Below are positions 8,393 to 15,148 of a stretch of DNA of 64,000 nucleotides, in pieces. Each line of letters opens with the position of its first letter. Position 1 is the first letter of the stretch. This stretch comes from a virus. Both the position numbers and the translations under genes were made by a program. Location of the stretch: positions 46,936 through 110,935 of the IMG/VR virus record IMGVR_UViG_3300027749_000058; one strand, 5' to 3'. Under the pieces are notes generated by a model. It saw only the letters and a program-made list of their open reading frames with translations. It made no database searches and had not been told where the DNA came from.

Positions 8393-8494
8393 TGTTAAGT
8401 AGTGGATATGTAAGCGGGCTCAAGCTCGGTAAGTCAAAAAGGTTATGACGCTCTTTACGAGACCACGTTGTCGGTTCGAGTCCGACCTTAACAA
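8393..8494 (+). ncRNA. tRNA-like RNA: acceptor and T arm with a non-tRNA central domain
   Basis: TGTTAAG/CTTAACA stem, U8A9, GTCGG-TTCGAGT-CCGAC; no D or anticodon arm. Confidence 0.65.
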
Positions 8495-8495
8495 C

Positions 8496-8563
8496 AAAGA
8501 CATCAACGGAGTATATTCACACTTAGGAAACTATGTAATGGTCAAAATTCTAATGATGTCTTT
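8496..8563 (+). ncRNA. unassigned stem-loop RNA
   Basis: 10-bp closing stem AAAGACATCA/TGATGTCTTT; internal TAG-GAAA-CTA GNRA hairpin. Confidence 0.4.
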
Positions 8564-8567
8564 AAAT

Positions 8568-8649
8568 AGTCAGGTGGCGGAATGTTAGACGCAATAAGGT
8601 TGTTCCTACCCGAAAAGGAGCTTACAGGTTCGAATCCTTGTCCTGATTA
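8568..8649 (+). ncRNA. tRNA-Leu-like RNA lacking a canonical anticodon loop
   Basis: AGTCAGG/CCTGATT acceptor; Leu-type GCGGAATGTTAGACGC D arm; GGTTCGAATCC; central arm is a bulged hairpin. Confidence 0.6.
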
Positions 8650-8656
8650 CAAAATT

Positions 8657-8730
8657 GACTTCGTAGCTCAGTTGGTTAGAGCACTTCACTTTTAATGAAG
8701 GAGTCCCGAGTTCGAATCTCGGCGGGGTCA
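8657..8730 (+). tRNA. tRNA-Lys(UUU)
   Basis: CTTCA-CTTTTAA-TGAAG; canonical cloverleaf. Confidence 0.95.
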
Positions 8731-8746
8731 CAAAAAAAAATATGTT

Positions 8747-8980
8747 ATGAAAGCAGTTTTAGAATTTAATTTACCTGATGACCAACAGGATTTTGACTTG
8801 GCAACTAAAGGTTTGAAATTTTGGTCTGTGTTGTGGGAATTAGACCAGTCTTTAAGGGCTAAGACAAAATATGCGTCTGATGATTTACCACAAGATAAGT
8901 ATGATGCTTATCAAGAAATTAGAGATGAACTTCGTGAGTTAATGTCAGATAATAATCTTAGTTTTGATATGGTTCATTAA
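8747..8980 (+). CDS. hypothetical phage protein
   Basis: MKAVLEFNLPDD start; 77 aa. Confidence 0.7.
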   Translation: MKAVLEFNLPDDQQDFDLATKGLKFWSVLWELDQSLRAKTKYASDDLPQDKYDAYQEIRDELRELMSDNNLSFDMVH

Positions 8981-8996
8981 TAAAAAAACATATATT

Positions 8997-9212
8997 ATGG
9001 AAAGAACATTTAATAGTGATGAGCTGTCTTGGATTGCATTTAGTTTACTAGAATATAGTCGCTCAATGGATTATGAAGGTGATTTAAGTGATTGTGGTAA
9101 TGAAATTGGGCATATGGTTGGGAGTAAATATAAAAATATGACTGAGGGTGAGATTGAAGATTTCATTACTGGAATAAGACATGGGATTTCATTAACAAAT
9201 GGAACCCATTAA
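8997..9212 (+). CDS. hypothetical protein
   Basis: ATG at 8997 (MERTFN). Confidence 0.6.
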   Translation: MERTFNSDELSWIAFSLLEYSRSMDYEGDLSDCGNEIGHMVGSKYKNMTEGEIEDFITGIRHGISLTNGTH

Positions 9213-9217
9213 AATAA

Positions 9218-9289
9218 GGTCGGTTGGCCGAGTGGTTTAGGTGTTTGTCTGCAAAACAAATTAGTCCAGTTCAATTCTGGAACCGACCT
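9218..9289 (+). tRNA. tRNA-Cys(GCA)
   Basis: TTTGT-CTGCAAA-ACAAA; U73 discriminator. Confidence 0.93.
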
Positions 9290-9290
9290 C

Positions 9291-9440
9291 ATGACAGAAA
9301 AACAAATTAAACAACAGATTGAATCCATCCAAAAGGTGACAAAAGATGTCTGTAAAAGTAAAGAAACCGCTCGTCAATTTTTAATTGACGCAGGAATTAT
9401 TAAAGTTAAAAAAATGAAAAAGAAATTTGATAAGCATTAG
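9291..9440 (+). CDS. putative 49-aa basic protein (MTEKQIKQQIESIQKVTKD...)
   Basis: Below ORF-track cutoff; ATG directly after tRNA-Cys. Confidence 0.5.
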   Translation: MTEKQIKQQIESIQKVTKDVCKSKETARQFLIDAGIIKVKKMKKKFDKH

Positions 9441-9455
9441 GTAAACACCTAATGT

Positions 9456-9662
9456 ATGACCAGAAAAGAACAAAAAATCAAACAGATGAAGCGGTTATAT
9501 AACTACTGTTTCATCTGTAATAAAAGAAGTGGAAGTTGGTATTATGATTGCCATCCAAGTAGTTGGAAAATTAAACGACACGGAAGTGGAAAACCTATAT
9601 ATTTTCATAAACAAAGAGAATATCAAAGTTGGAAACATAATCGTAATACCCAATGGAAATAA
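9456..9662 (+). CDS. small basic Cys/Trp-rich protein
   Basis: CxxC motif; C-terminal SWKHNRNTQWK. Confidence 0.55.
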   Translation: MTRKEQKIKQMKRLYNYCFICNKRSGSWYYDCHPSSWKIKRHGSGKPIYFHKQREYQSWKHNRNTQWK

Positions 9663-9667
9663 AAAAC

Positions 9668-9738
9668 GCGTGTATGATGTAACGGTAGCATGAATCTCTC
9701 CAAAAGATTTCGTTCCTGTTCGAATCGGGATATGCGCG
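9668..9738 (+). tRNA. tRNA-Trp(CCA)
   Basis: AATCT-CTCCAAA-AGATT; G73. Confidence 0.9.
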
Positions 9739-9742
9739 CAAA

Positions 9743-9863
9743 GGTTGATTGGGGAATGATGTGTGTTAGCCTGTTGGTGGTATGGCCGAACACATCGGAG
9801 TTAAAACCAACATTAGTAATGCCAATCATAAAAGGAGATGTCCACTCAACCATCTTCTCCTTT
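9743..9863 (+). ncRNA. unassigned pseudoknotted RNA between tRNA-Trp and tRNA-Tyr
   Basis: Helices TGATTGG/CCAATCA and GATGTGT/ACACATC; loop TGTTGGT pairs with ACCAACA; AAAGGAGA/TCTCCTTT hairpin. Confidence 0.6.
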
Positions 9864-9873
9864 CCTGTTTTTT

Positions 9874-9955
9874 GGGAGTATCGCCTAGTGGCAATGGCAG
9901 GACACTGTAGATGTCCCCTCTTTTGAGTTCGTTGGTTCGAGTCCAGCTGCTCCCA
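9874..9955 (+). tRNA. tRNA-Tyr(GUA)
   Basis: GGACA-CTGTAGA-TGTCC; long variable arm. Confidence 0.93.
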
Positions 9956-10044
9956 CAAAAATGTTCCAGCAGTTCTCTGAATAGAGGACTATAAAGAAAA
10001 GAAACGATGCATAGTTTCACGATAGGAGGGTCACCTATCAAAAT

Positions 10045-10118
10045 GGACTTGTAGCTCACTCGGTTAGAGCGGCACACTCATAATGTGAAGGTAATAGGTT
10101 CGATTCCTATCTGGTCCA
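10045..10118 (+). tRNA. tRNA with CAU anticodon (Ile2 more likely than elongator Met)
   Basis: CACA-CTCATAA-TGTG; no initiator GGG/CCC anticodon stem. Confidence 0.85.
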
Positions 10119-10120
10119 CA

Positions 10121-10317
10121 CGTTCCGAAACACAACAACGGATAATATGCCCAATATGATGAGAAATGGAGTGATGTCCGTATGGGAACCTACATTGGAG
10201 TGGATGGGGATAACTTCAGGGAATATCATCCCGACCTCGTTAGGACGAAATGATTATTTCTAACTTGCCTTAGCAAGGACAGCCAAGATACCTGTAGTTG
10301 AATAAAATAGGGTATCA
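10121..10317 (+). ncRNA. unassigned ~200-nt structured RNA between tRNA(CAU) and tRNA-Gln
   Basis: GC-richer, no ORF in the track; hairpins TCCG/CGGA, GGGAT/ATCCC, TCGT/ACGA, GATACCT/GGGTATC; long-range AGAAAT/ATTTCT. Confidence 0.5.
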
Positions 10318-10322
10318 TTTAT

Positions 10323-10393
10323 TGTATAGTAGTGTAACGGTAACACAACTTCCTTTGACGAAGTTATTTTAAGTTCGAATCTTAACTATACAT
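10323..10393 (+). tRNA. tRNA-Gln(UUG)
   Basis: ACTTC-CTTTGAC-GAAGT; U1-A72. Confidence 0.88.
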
Positions 10394-10395
10394 CA

Positions 10396-11040
10396 ATGAA
10401 GAAAGAAATTATAAATAAGGATTTCAGAGAATGTGAAATACCTGAAGGATTGGTTATTACCGATCCACCATACAATCAAGGATATTCATATAATGAATAT
10501 AAAGACACCATGAGTGAAGAGGATTATATTGAGTTACTCTCAAAAATCCCAACACCATGTGTAATAATTCATTATCCCGAAGAAACCATTAATTTACTAC
10601 CAAAAGCATTAAAGGCAAAATGCGAACAAGTAGTTTGTTGGGTGTATAACTCAAATACGGGAAAACAAAGTAGATTGATTAGTTGGTGGGGATGTAAACC
10701 TGATTTTAGGAAGGTTAGACAAGAATATAAAAACTTGAAAGATAAAAGAATTCAAGCCAGAATTGCTGAAGGTAAAACAGGTGCTAAACTATATGATTGG
10801 TGGGAGATAAATCAGGTAAAGAATGTTAGTAAAGAAAAAACTGAACATCCTTGTCAAATACCTGAAGAATTGATTAAAAAAATTATATTAACCACCGCCA
10901 AAGAAAATCAAACAATAATTGATGTTTTTGGAGGTAGCGGAACAACAAGTAAAGTTGCAAGTGATTTGGGATTTGATTCAATCAGTTATGAGATTGATGA
11001 AAAGTATTGTGAAATCATTAAAAATAGACTAAATAAATAG
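10396..11040 (+). CDS. orphan DNA methyltransferase (N6-A/N4-C, beta class)
   Basis: TDPPY followed by HPCQIP and DVFGGSGTT. Confidence 0.93.
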   Translation: MKKEIINKDFRECEIPEGLVITDPPYNQGYSYNEYKDTMSEEDYIELLSKIPTPCVIIHYPEETINLLPKALKAKCEQVVCWVYNSNTGKQSRLISWWGCKPDFRKVRQEYKNLKDKRIQARIAEGKTGAKLYDWWEINQVKNVSKEKTEHPCQIPEELIKKIILTTAKENQTIIDVFGGSGTTSKVASDLGFDSISYEIDEKYCEIIKNRLNK

Positions 11041-11046
11041 TTTTAT

Positions 11047-11118
11047 GGTGTTTGAAGCATTAAGGTGATGCACTAGTTTGTGGAGCTAGAAAAGACGGGT
11101 CGGTACCGTCCTTACACC
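11047..11118 (+). tRNA. tRNA-His(GUG)
   Basis: G-1:C73; CTAGT-TTGTGGA-GCTAG; T-loop GTCGGTA; two U-U mismatches in the acceptor stem. Confidence 0.8.
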
Positions 11119-11154
11119 CATATTTTTTTTCTTAGTATCATACTATTTATATGT

Positions 11155-11616
11155 ATGGAAAAAAAAGTAACTCTAACCAAAGAACAATTATTCAAGGTGA
11201 TGAACTTGAATGAGGCTGAAAATAAAAAAGAAAAAAATGAAACATCTGATGTTGTTGATATGATTGCAACATTACTTCATTCAAGAAGCCAAACTCATAT
11301 TTTTCATTGGCAAACAAAATCACAATCATCATTTGCTGAACATATGGCATTAGGAACTTATTATGATGAAATTGTTGGACTAATTGATGGTATTGTTGAA
11401 AGTTATCAAGGAAAATATGAAATAATTACAGGATACAAAACAGTTGAAATGGTTGATTACAAATCAACAGAACAATTAATAAGTTACTTTAGAGAATTAG
11501 ATAGCAATATTGAAAAAAATAGAAAGGGGATTAAAGAATCTTATATTCAAAATCAAATTGACGGACTTCAAGAGTTAATTTTTTCTACATTATATAAATT
11601 AAGATTCTTGAAATAA
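11155..11616 (+). CDS. ferritin/Dps-like phage protein (DUF5856-like)
   Basis: HIFHWQT..SFAEHMALGTYYD..IDGIVESYQG..TLYKLRFL; N-terminal LTKEQL..LNE leader. Confidence 0.75.
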   Translation: MEKKVTLTKEQLFKVMNLNEAENKKEKNETSDVVDMIATLLHSRSQTHIFHWQTKSQSSFAEHMALGTYYDEIVGLIDGIVESYQGKYEIITGYKTVEMVDYKSTEQLISYFRELDSNIEKNRKGIKESYIQNQIDGLQELIFSTLYKLRFLK

Positions 11617-11637
11617 GAATTAATTATTAAATAATTG

Positions 11638-11674
11638 AAAATCCCTCTAAATTAGTTGTTTAGGGGGATTTTTT
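11638..11674 (+). terminator. intrinsic terminator
   Basis: AAAATCCCTCTAAA / TTTAGGGGGATTTT stem with T-run. Confidence 0.75.
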
Positions 11675-11688
11675 ATATATTTGTATTC

Positions 11689-11839
11689 AGAGAGACAGAG
11701 AAGTTCTACAGAAGTAGATAGGGCGTCGCATAATATCGGGGTGGAACACAGGGTTCCTATACGTGATGTAACCCGAGCCGTAAACCATTGTTATCCTTGT
11801 GATGACCGAATAAATAATCGGTTGGTTCTGTCTCTTTTT
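11689..11839 (+). ncRNA. unassigned ~150-nt multibranched RNA
   Basis: Starts 5 nt after TATATTTG; closing stem AGAGACAGAG/TTCTGTCTCT; inner TCTAC/GTAGA, TCGGG/CCCGA, GGAAC/GTTCC, ACCGA/TCGGT. Confidence 0.6.
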
Positions 11840-11841
11840 AT

Positions 11842-11913
11842 TGAAACGTAATTCAGTGGTAGAATGCTATTCTGATACGATAGTCGTCGGCGGTTCGAAT
11901 CCGCCCGTTTCAA
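11842..11913 (+). tRNA. tRNA-Ile(GAU)
   Basis: CTATT-CTGATAC-GATAG; GGCGG-TTCGAAT-CCGCC. Confidence 0.9.
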
Positions 11914-11918
11914 CATTC

Positions 11919-12006
11919 GGAGAGTTGGGTGAGTGGTTTAAACCAGCAGTTTGCTAAACTGCCGTATCTCTAAAGGATACCATTAGTTCAAATCTAATAC
12001 TCTCCG
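11919..12006 (+). tRNA. tRNA-Ser(GCU)
   Basis: GCAGT-TTGCTAA-ACTGC; long variable arm; G73. Confidence 0.93.
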
Positions 12007-12112
12007 CAAAAAATTAGATAAAATTCACATAAAAATTGACTAAAACCAAAACTTTTACTATATTTATAGTCTATTAAGTTTAAAAAACATTAAAAACAAA
12101 AAACAAACATTT

Positions 12113-12277
12113 ATGAAAAAAATCGTAGCATTATTTGCAATCGTAGCATTAGTTTCTTGCGGAAACGGAACATCAACTCAAGTAAAATCTGATTCTTCTA
12201 CTGTTGTAGTAGATTCAACTAAAACTGACTCTACAGTAGTTAAAGTAGATTCTGCAAAAGCCGAAAAAGTTAAATAA
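12113..12277 (+). CDS. 54-aa lipoprotein (MKKIVALFAIVALVS-CGNGTSTQVKSDSSTVVVDSTKTDSTVVKVDSAKAEKVK)
   Basis: Not in ORF track; lipobox LVSC; TATTTATA upstream; terminator at 12299-12325. Confidence 0.8.
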   Translation: MKKIVALFAIVALVSCGNGTSTQVKSDSSTVVVDSTKTDSTVVKVDSAKAEKVK

Positions 12278-12323
12278 TATAACTTTTTCTTAAAACAGAA
12301 AACCCATCTTACGATGGGTTTTT

Positions 12324-13538
12324 TTATTTTAATAAGTTTTTAATTCTTTCTATATTTTCATCAATTTTTTTACTACTCATACTATTTTTATTAAAGAAAT
12401 TTTTAAGTTTAGGTTCTCCTCCCTTAGTCATTGATGGTATTTTATCATTTATTTTTTTACCTAACCCAAGTATTTTTTTACCTATCCATGGGTAAAATGG
12501 ATCATAATATTCTGTTTCTTTTTTATCCTTATCTTTGTCCTTATCTTTATCATCATCTTTCTTTTTATTTATATTATTAGTTGAAATTTCTTTATCTAAA
12601 ATTATAGGTAAATTTAATTTAGTCCATGATTTATCGTATAATGAAACTGTTACATCAGAAGATGTTTTTCCTAAAATATCTCCCTTAAATATTTTTTGAC
12701 CATCTCTAACTTCAGGGTTAGATATACCACAAAATAATAAATAATAAGTCTTATCTTCAATAGAATGTTGAATTGTTATTTGATTAGGACAACGACCTTC
12801 AGAATGATAGTTATTAATTACACCATTAGTTGGTGATTTTATCTTAGTATTCGTACTACTTGGGATAATAATTGAAGTATTATTACTTGAAATTCTATCA
12901 CCTAATTTTGAATATATTTTTTCTTCTTTTATTCCGAGTTGTGATGCGGTATTTTGCAATGCTTTAACTGTTGCATCATTATAGTCTATATGACTAGTTC
13001 CGAATTGGTCATCGTTTGGTTGTTGTGTTGTTCCGGATTGTGTTGTTCCAGATTGTGGACTAGTTGCGACTGAGTTTCCTCCATTTGTGTTAGATACGTG
13101 AACATGATTATCATGACCTTTAAATCCAAACGTTAAAACAGCTTTAGGATTTCCTGTTTCTGAATTTTTTACATATCCCATTTTAACCAATGCATTTACA
13201 AATTGGTCTGCATCTGATCTATTTGCGAGACTAACATTTTTACCATTAATCATTGCAATATCAACTGCATTTCCACTTGGATGTCTTGAAGGAAGACTTT
13301 CATGACCTGATTGAGCTGTAGTAATACTAACATTAACATTCGCAGCTTTAGCTGCGTCTTGGACATCTTTTAAAAGTTGTTGATTAATATTATCTCTTGA
13401 TGGATAACTATTTGCTCCGTCTCTAAAATCTACATTGGGACCAGGGTCAATAGCTTCTGTTGCCAAGTCTTTTTTAAAATCTCTTTTTAAATCTGAAAGA
13501 ATATCGTAAGTCTCATTAATTTTTTTAATTTCAATCAT
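12324..13538 (-). CDS. peptidoglycan peptidase (M15/LAS-type domain plus degenerate M23-like domain)
   Basis: SRHPSGNAVDIA...GHDNHVHVS; later IKSPTNGVI...VRDGQKIFKGDILG. Confidence 0.7.
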   Translation of the reverse strand: MIEIKKINETYDILSDLKRDFKKDLATEAIDPGPNVDFRDGANSYPSRDNINQQLLKDVQDAAKAANVNVSITTAQSGHESLPSRHPSGNAVDIAMINGKNVSLANRSDADQFVNALVKMGYVKNSETGNPKAVLTFGFKGHDNHVHVSNTNGGNSVATSPQSGTTQSGTTQQPNDDQFGTSHIDYNDATVKALQNTASQLGIKEEKIYSKLGDRISSNNTSIIIPSSTNTKIKSPTNGVINNYHSEGRCPNQITIQHSIEDKTYYLLFCGISNPEVRDGQKIFKGDILGKTSSDVTVSLYDKSWTKLNLPIILDKEISTNNINKKKDDDKDKDKDKDKKETEYYDPFYPWIGKKILGLGKKINDKIPSMTKGGEPKLKNFFNKNSMSSKKIDENIERIKNLLK

Positions 13539-13587
13539 ATTAATAAATACTACGATATTAGATAAAAAAAAACCGAGGTAACTCGGT

Positions 13588-13950
13588 TTATCTATTTGAA
13601 GAATAATTTAATACTTTCTTTTGTGTTGGTTGATTCAAATTAGTAGGTTCTTTACTAAATGTTTCAGATTGAACTTGGTCTAATACTTTTGTCTCAACCT
13701 CATTTAATTGAACCTTTTTTGACTTTGGTTTTTTATCCTCAATTAAACCAAATTTAATCCATCTATACCATATCCTTTCATGAAAATAATATATTACAGG
13801 TTTAAATATCATTTCAGCAACTCCAAACGCCGCTCCAATTTTAATACTACCAGTTATACACCACATAATTAAAAATCCGGCAAATGTGCTAATAATTCTA
13901 TAACTTATTGTTTTTCCTATATGCCTTTTGGTTGATACTTTATAACTCAT
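13588..13950 (-). CDS. DUF2061 membrane protein
   Basis: RHIGKTISYRII...YYFHERIW. Confidence 0.85.
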   Translation of the reverse strand: MSYKVSTKRHIGKTISYRIISTFAGFLIMWCITGSIKIGAAFGVAEMIFKPVIYYFHERIWYRWIKFGLIEDKKPKSKKVQLNEVETKVLDQVQSETFSKEPTNLNQPTQKKVLNYSSNR

Positions 13951-14069
13951 ATTGAATAATTATCATGAAAATTGAATTATGTGTTCACGGACTGGTGAGA
14001 TATTATATTTCGGAGTGAACTTTCTTTCACCGACGCAGTCGATTACCACCAGTTTAACCATTTTGAAAT

Positions 14070-14258
14070 TTAAGACTTTTTATTTTCCTCCATCTCAATT
14101 CTGTTTTTTAAATCTAATTCAATAATTTTATTTTTCCACTCTTTCCAAATCTCAAAATCTTGTAAATTTTGAATTGTCTTCTCATGTAGTAAAACAAATC
14201 CCTCAGGAGCAACTCCTGAATATCTATTCTTAACTATCTCATTTATTGATATCTTCAT
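14070..14258 (-). CDS. hypothetical protein
   Basis: 62-aa ORF overlapping the upstream gene end. Confidence 0.5.
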   Translation of the reverse strand: MKISINEIVKNRYSGVAPEGFVLLHEKTIQNLQDFEIWKEWKNKIIELDLKNRIEMEENKKS

Positions 14259-14847
14259 TTAATTTTTTGATTATTTTATCTTTTAACCCTGTTTGTTTTA
14301 ATCCTTCTCCACTCTTAGTTAAAAAGAAATTGTCAACTGGTTTTAATCCACCTTGTCTTAAATCCAAATCGTCAATTGCGATGAATTCAGTTACATTATA
14401 ATCCTTAACAAATTTATCAACCTCAAAAAATCGATTTCTTTCTAAATCAAAAGATGATTTTAAATTTTCGGTTACAAATTTAGGTGAACGGATTACACCA
14501 TTTTCCTTAAAAATAGTGTCTAATTGTGATAAATCCCAATGTAATTTCCAATCTGAACTAAGAACGATGACCGCTTCAGTTTTCTCTAATATTTCGTTAA
14601 AAACTTTAACACATCCTTTATCAAATCCGTACGGTACTCTTAATTCTTTCGCCCAATCATTGTTTTGACTAAATTTATTTCGGTTTCCCATAAATTGTTT
14701 ATCGGTAGCCAATACACCATCTATGTCTAAAAATATTACTTTCATATTTGTTAATTTTTGTATATGTTCACTAATAGTAAGTTCTTCACATTTCCAACAC
14801 CATTCATTATCTTGTGTGTCCCAAATATGTCTATCGCATTTTGCCAT
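14239..14847 (-). CDS. HAD phosphatase (Swiss-army-knife RNA-repair type)
   Basis: KVIFLDIDGVL, IVLSSDWK, FIAIDD. Confidence 0.82.
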   Translation of the reverse strand: MAKCDRHIWDTQDNEWCWKCEELTISEHIQKLTNMKVIFLDIDGVLATDKQFMGNRNKFSQNNDWAKELRVPYGFDKGCVKVFNEILEKTEAVIVLSSDWKLHWDLSQLDTIFKENGVIRSPKFVTENLKSSFDLERNRFFEVDKFVKDYNVTEFIAIDDLDLRQGGLKPVDNFFLTKSGEGLKQTGLKDKIIKKLNEDINK

Positions 14848-14923
14848 AATGTAAAGATACGATATTTATATTAAAATACCAAGGTTATTTAACCTATAAA
14901 ATTTAAACAGTAATAAATGGAAG

Positions 14924-15148
14924 ATGGAGATAAACAGAAAAACGTGGAGAGGAACCTTTCAGGAGAATCTTTCTCAAATATTTTTAATGCTGGCACTGTT
15001 TTTCAATCCTTTTGGATTCGATGCCGTTCAATATTCCCTAATATTACTGACAGGCAGTTTATGGAAAGCGAACTTCGTCTTGTATTGTATAGCGGGAGTA
15101 TTTTTTGGTTGTTATATCTACTTTCGCAGATTATCTAAAAAAAATTAA
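14924..15148 (+). CDS. small two-TM membrane protein
   Basis: Two hydrophobic helices and a basic C-terminus. Confidence 0.6.
   Translation: MEINRKTWRGTFQENLSQIFLMLALFFNPFGFDAVQYSLILLTGSLWKANFVLYCIAGVFFGCYIYFRRLSKKN

Noticed and set aside
8415-8428. UCA in a hairpin loop suggesting tRNA-Sec or an opal suppressor
   Set aside because: The loop is 4 nt, not a 7-nt anticodon loop, and Sec-type arms are absent
9623-10077. Track ORFs 9623-9958(-), 9690-9926(+) and 9826-10077(-)
   Set aside because: They overlap tRNA-Trp, tRNA-Tyr, tRNA(CAU) and structured RNA; shadow frames
10137-10252. ATGATGAG ... CGAAA as a hammerhead ribozyme core
   Set aside because: Lacks CUGAUGA and the required stem II/III geometry
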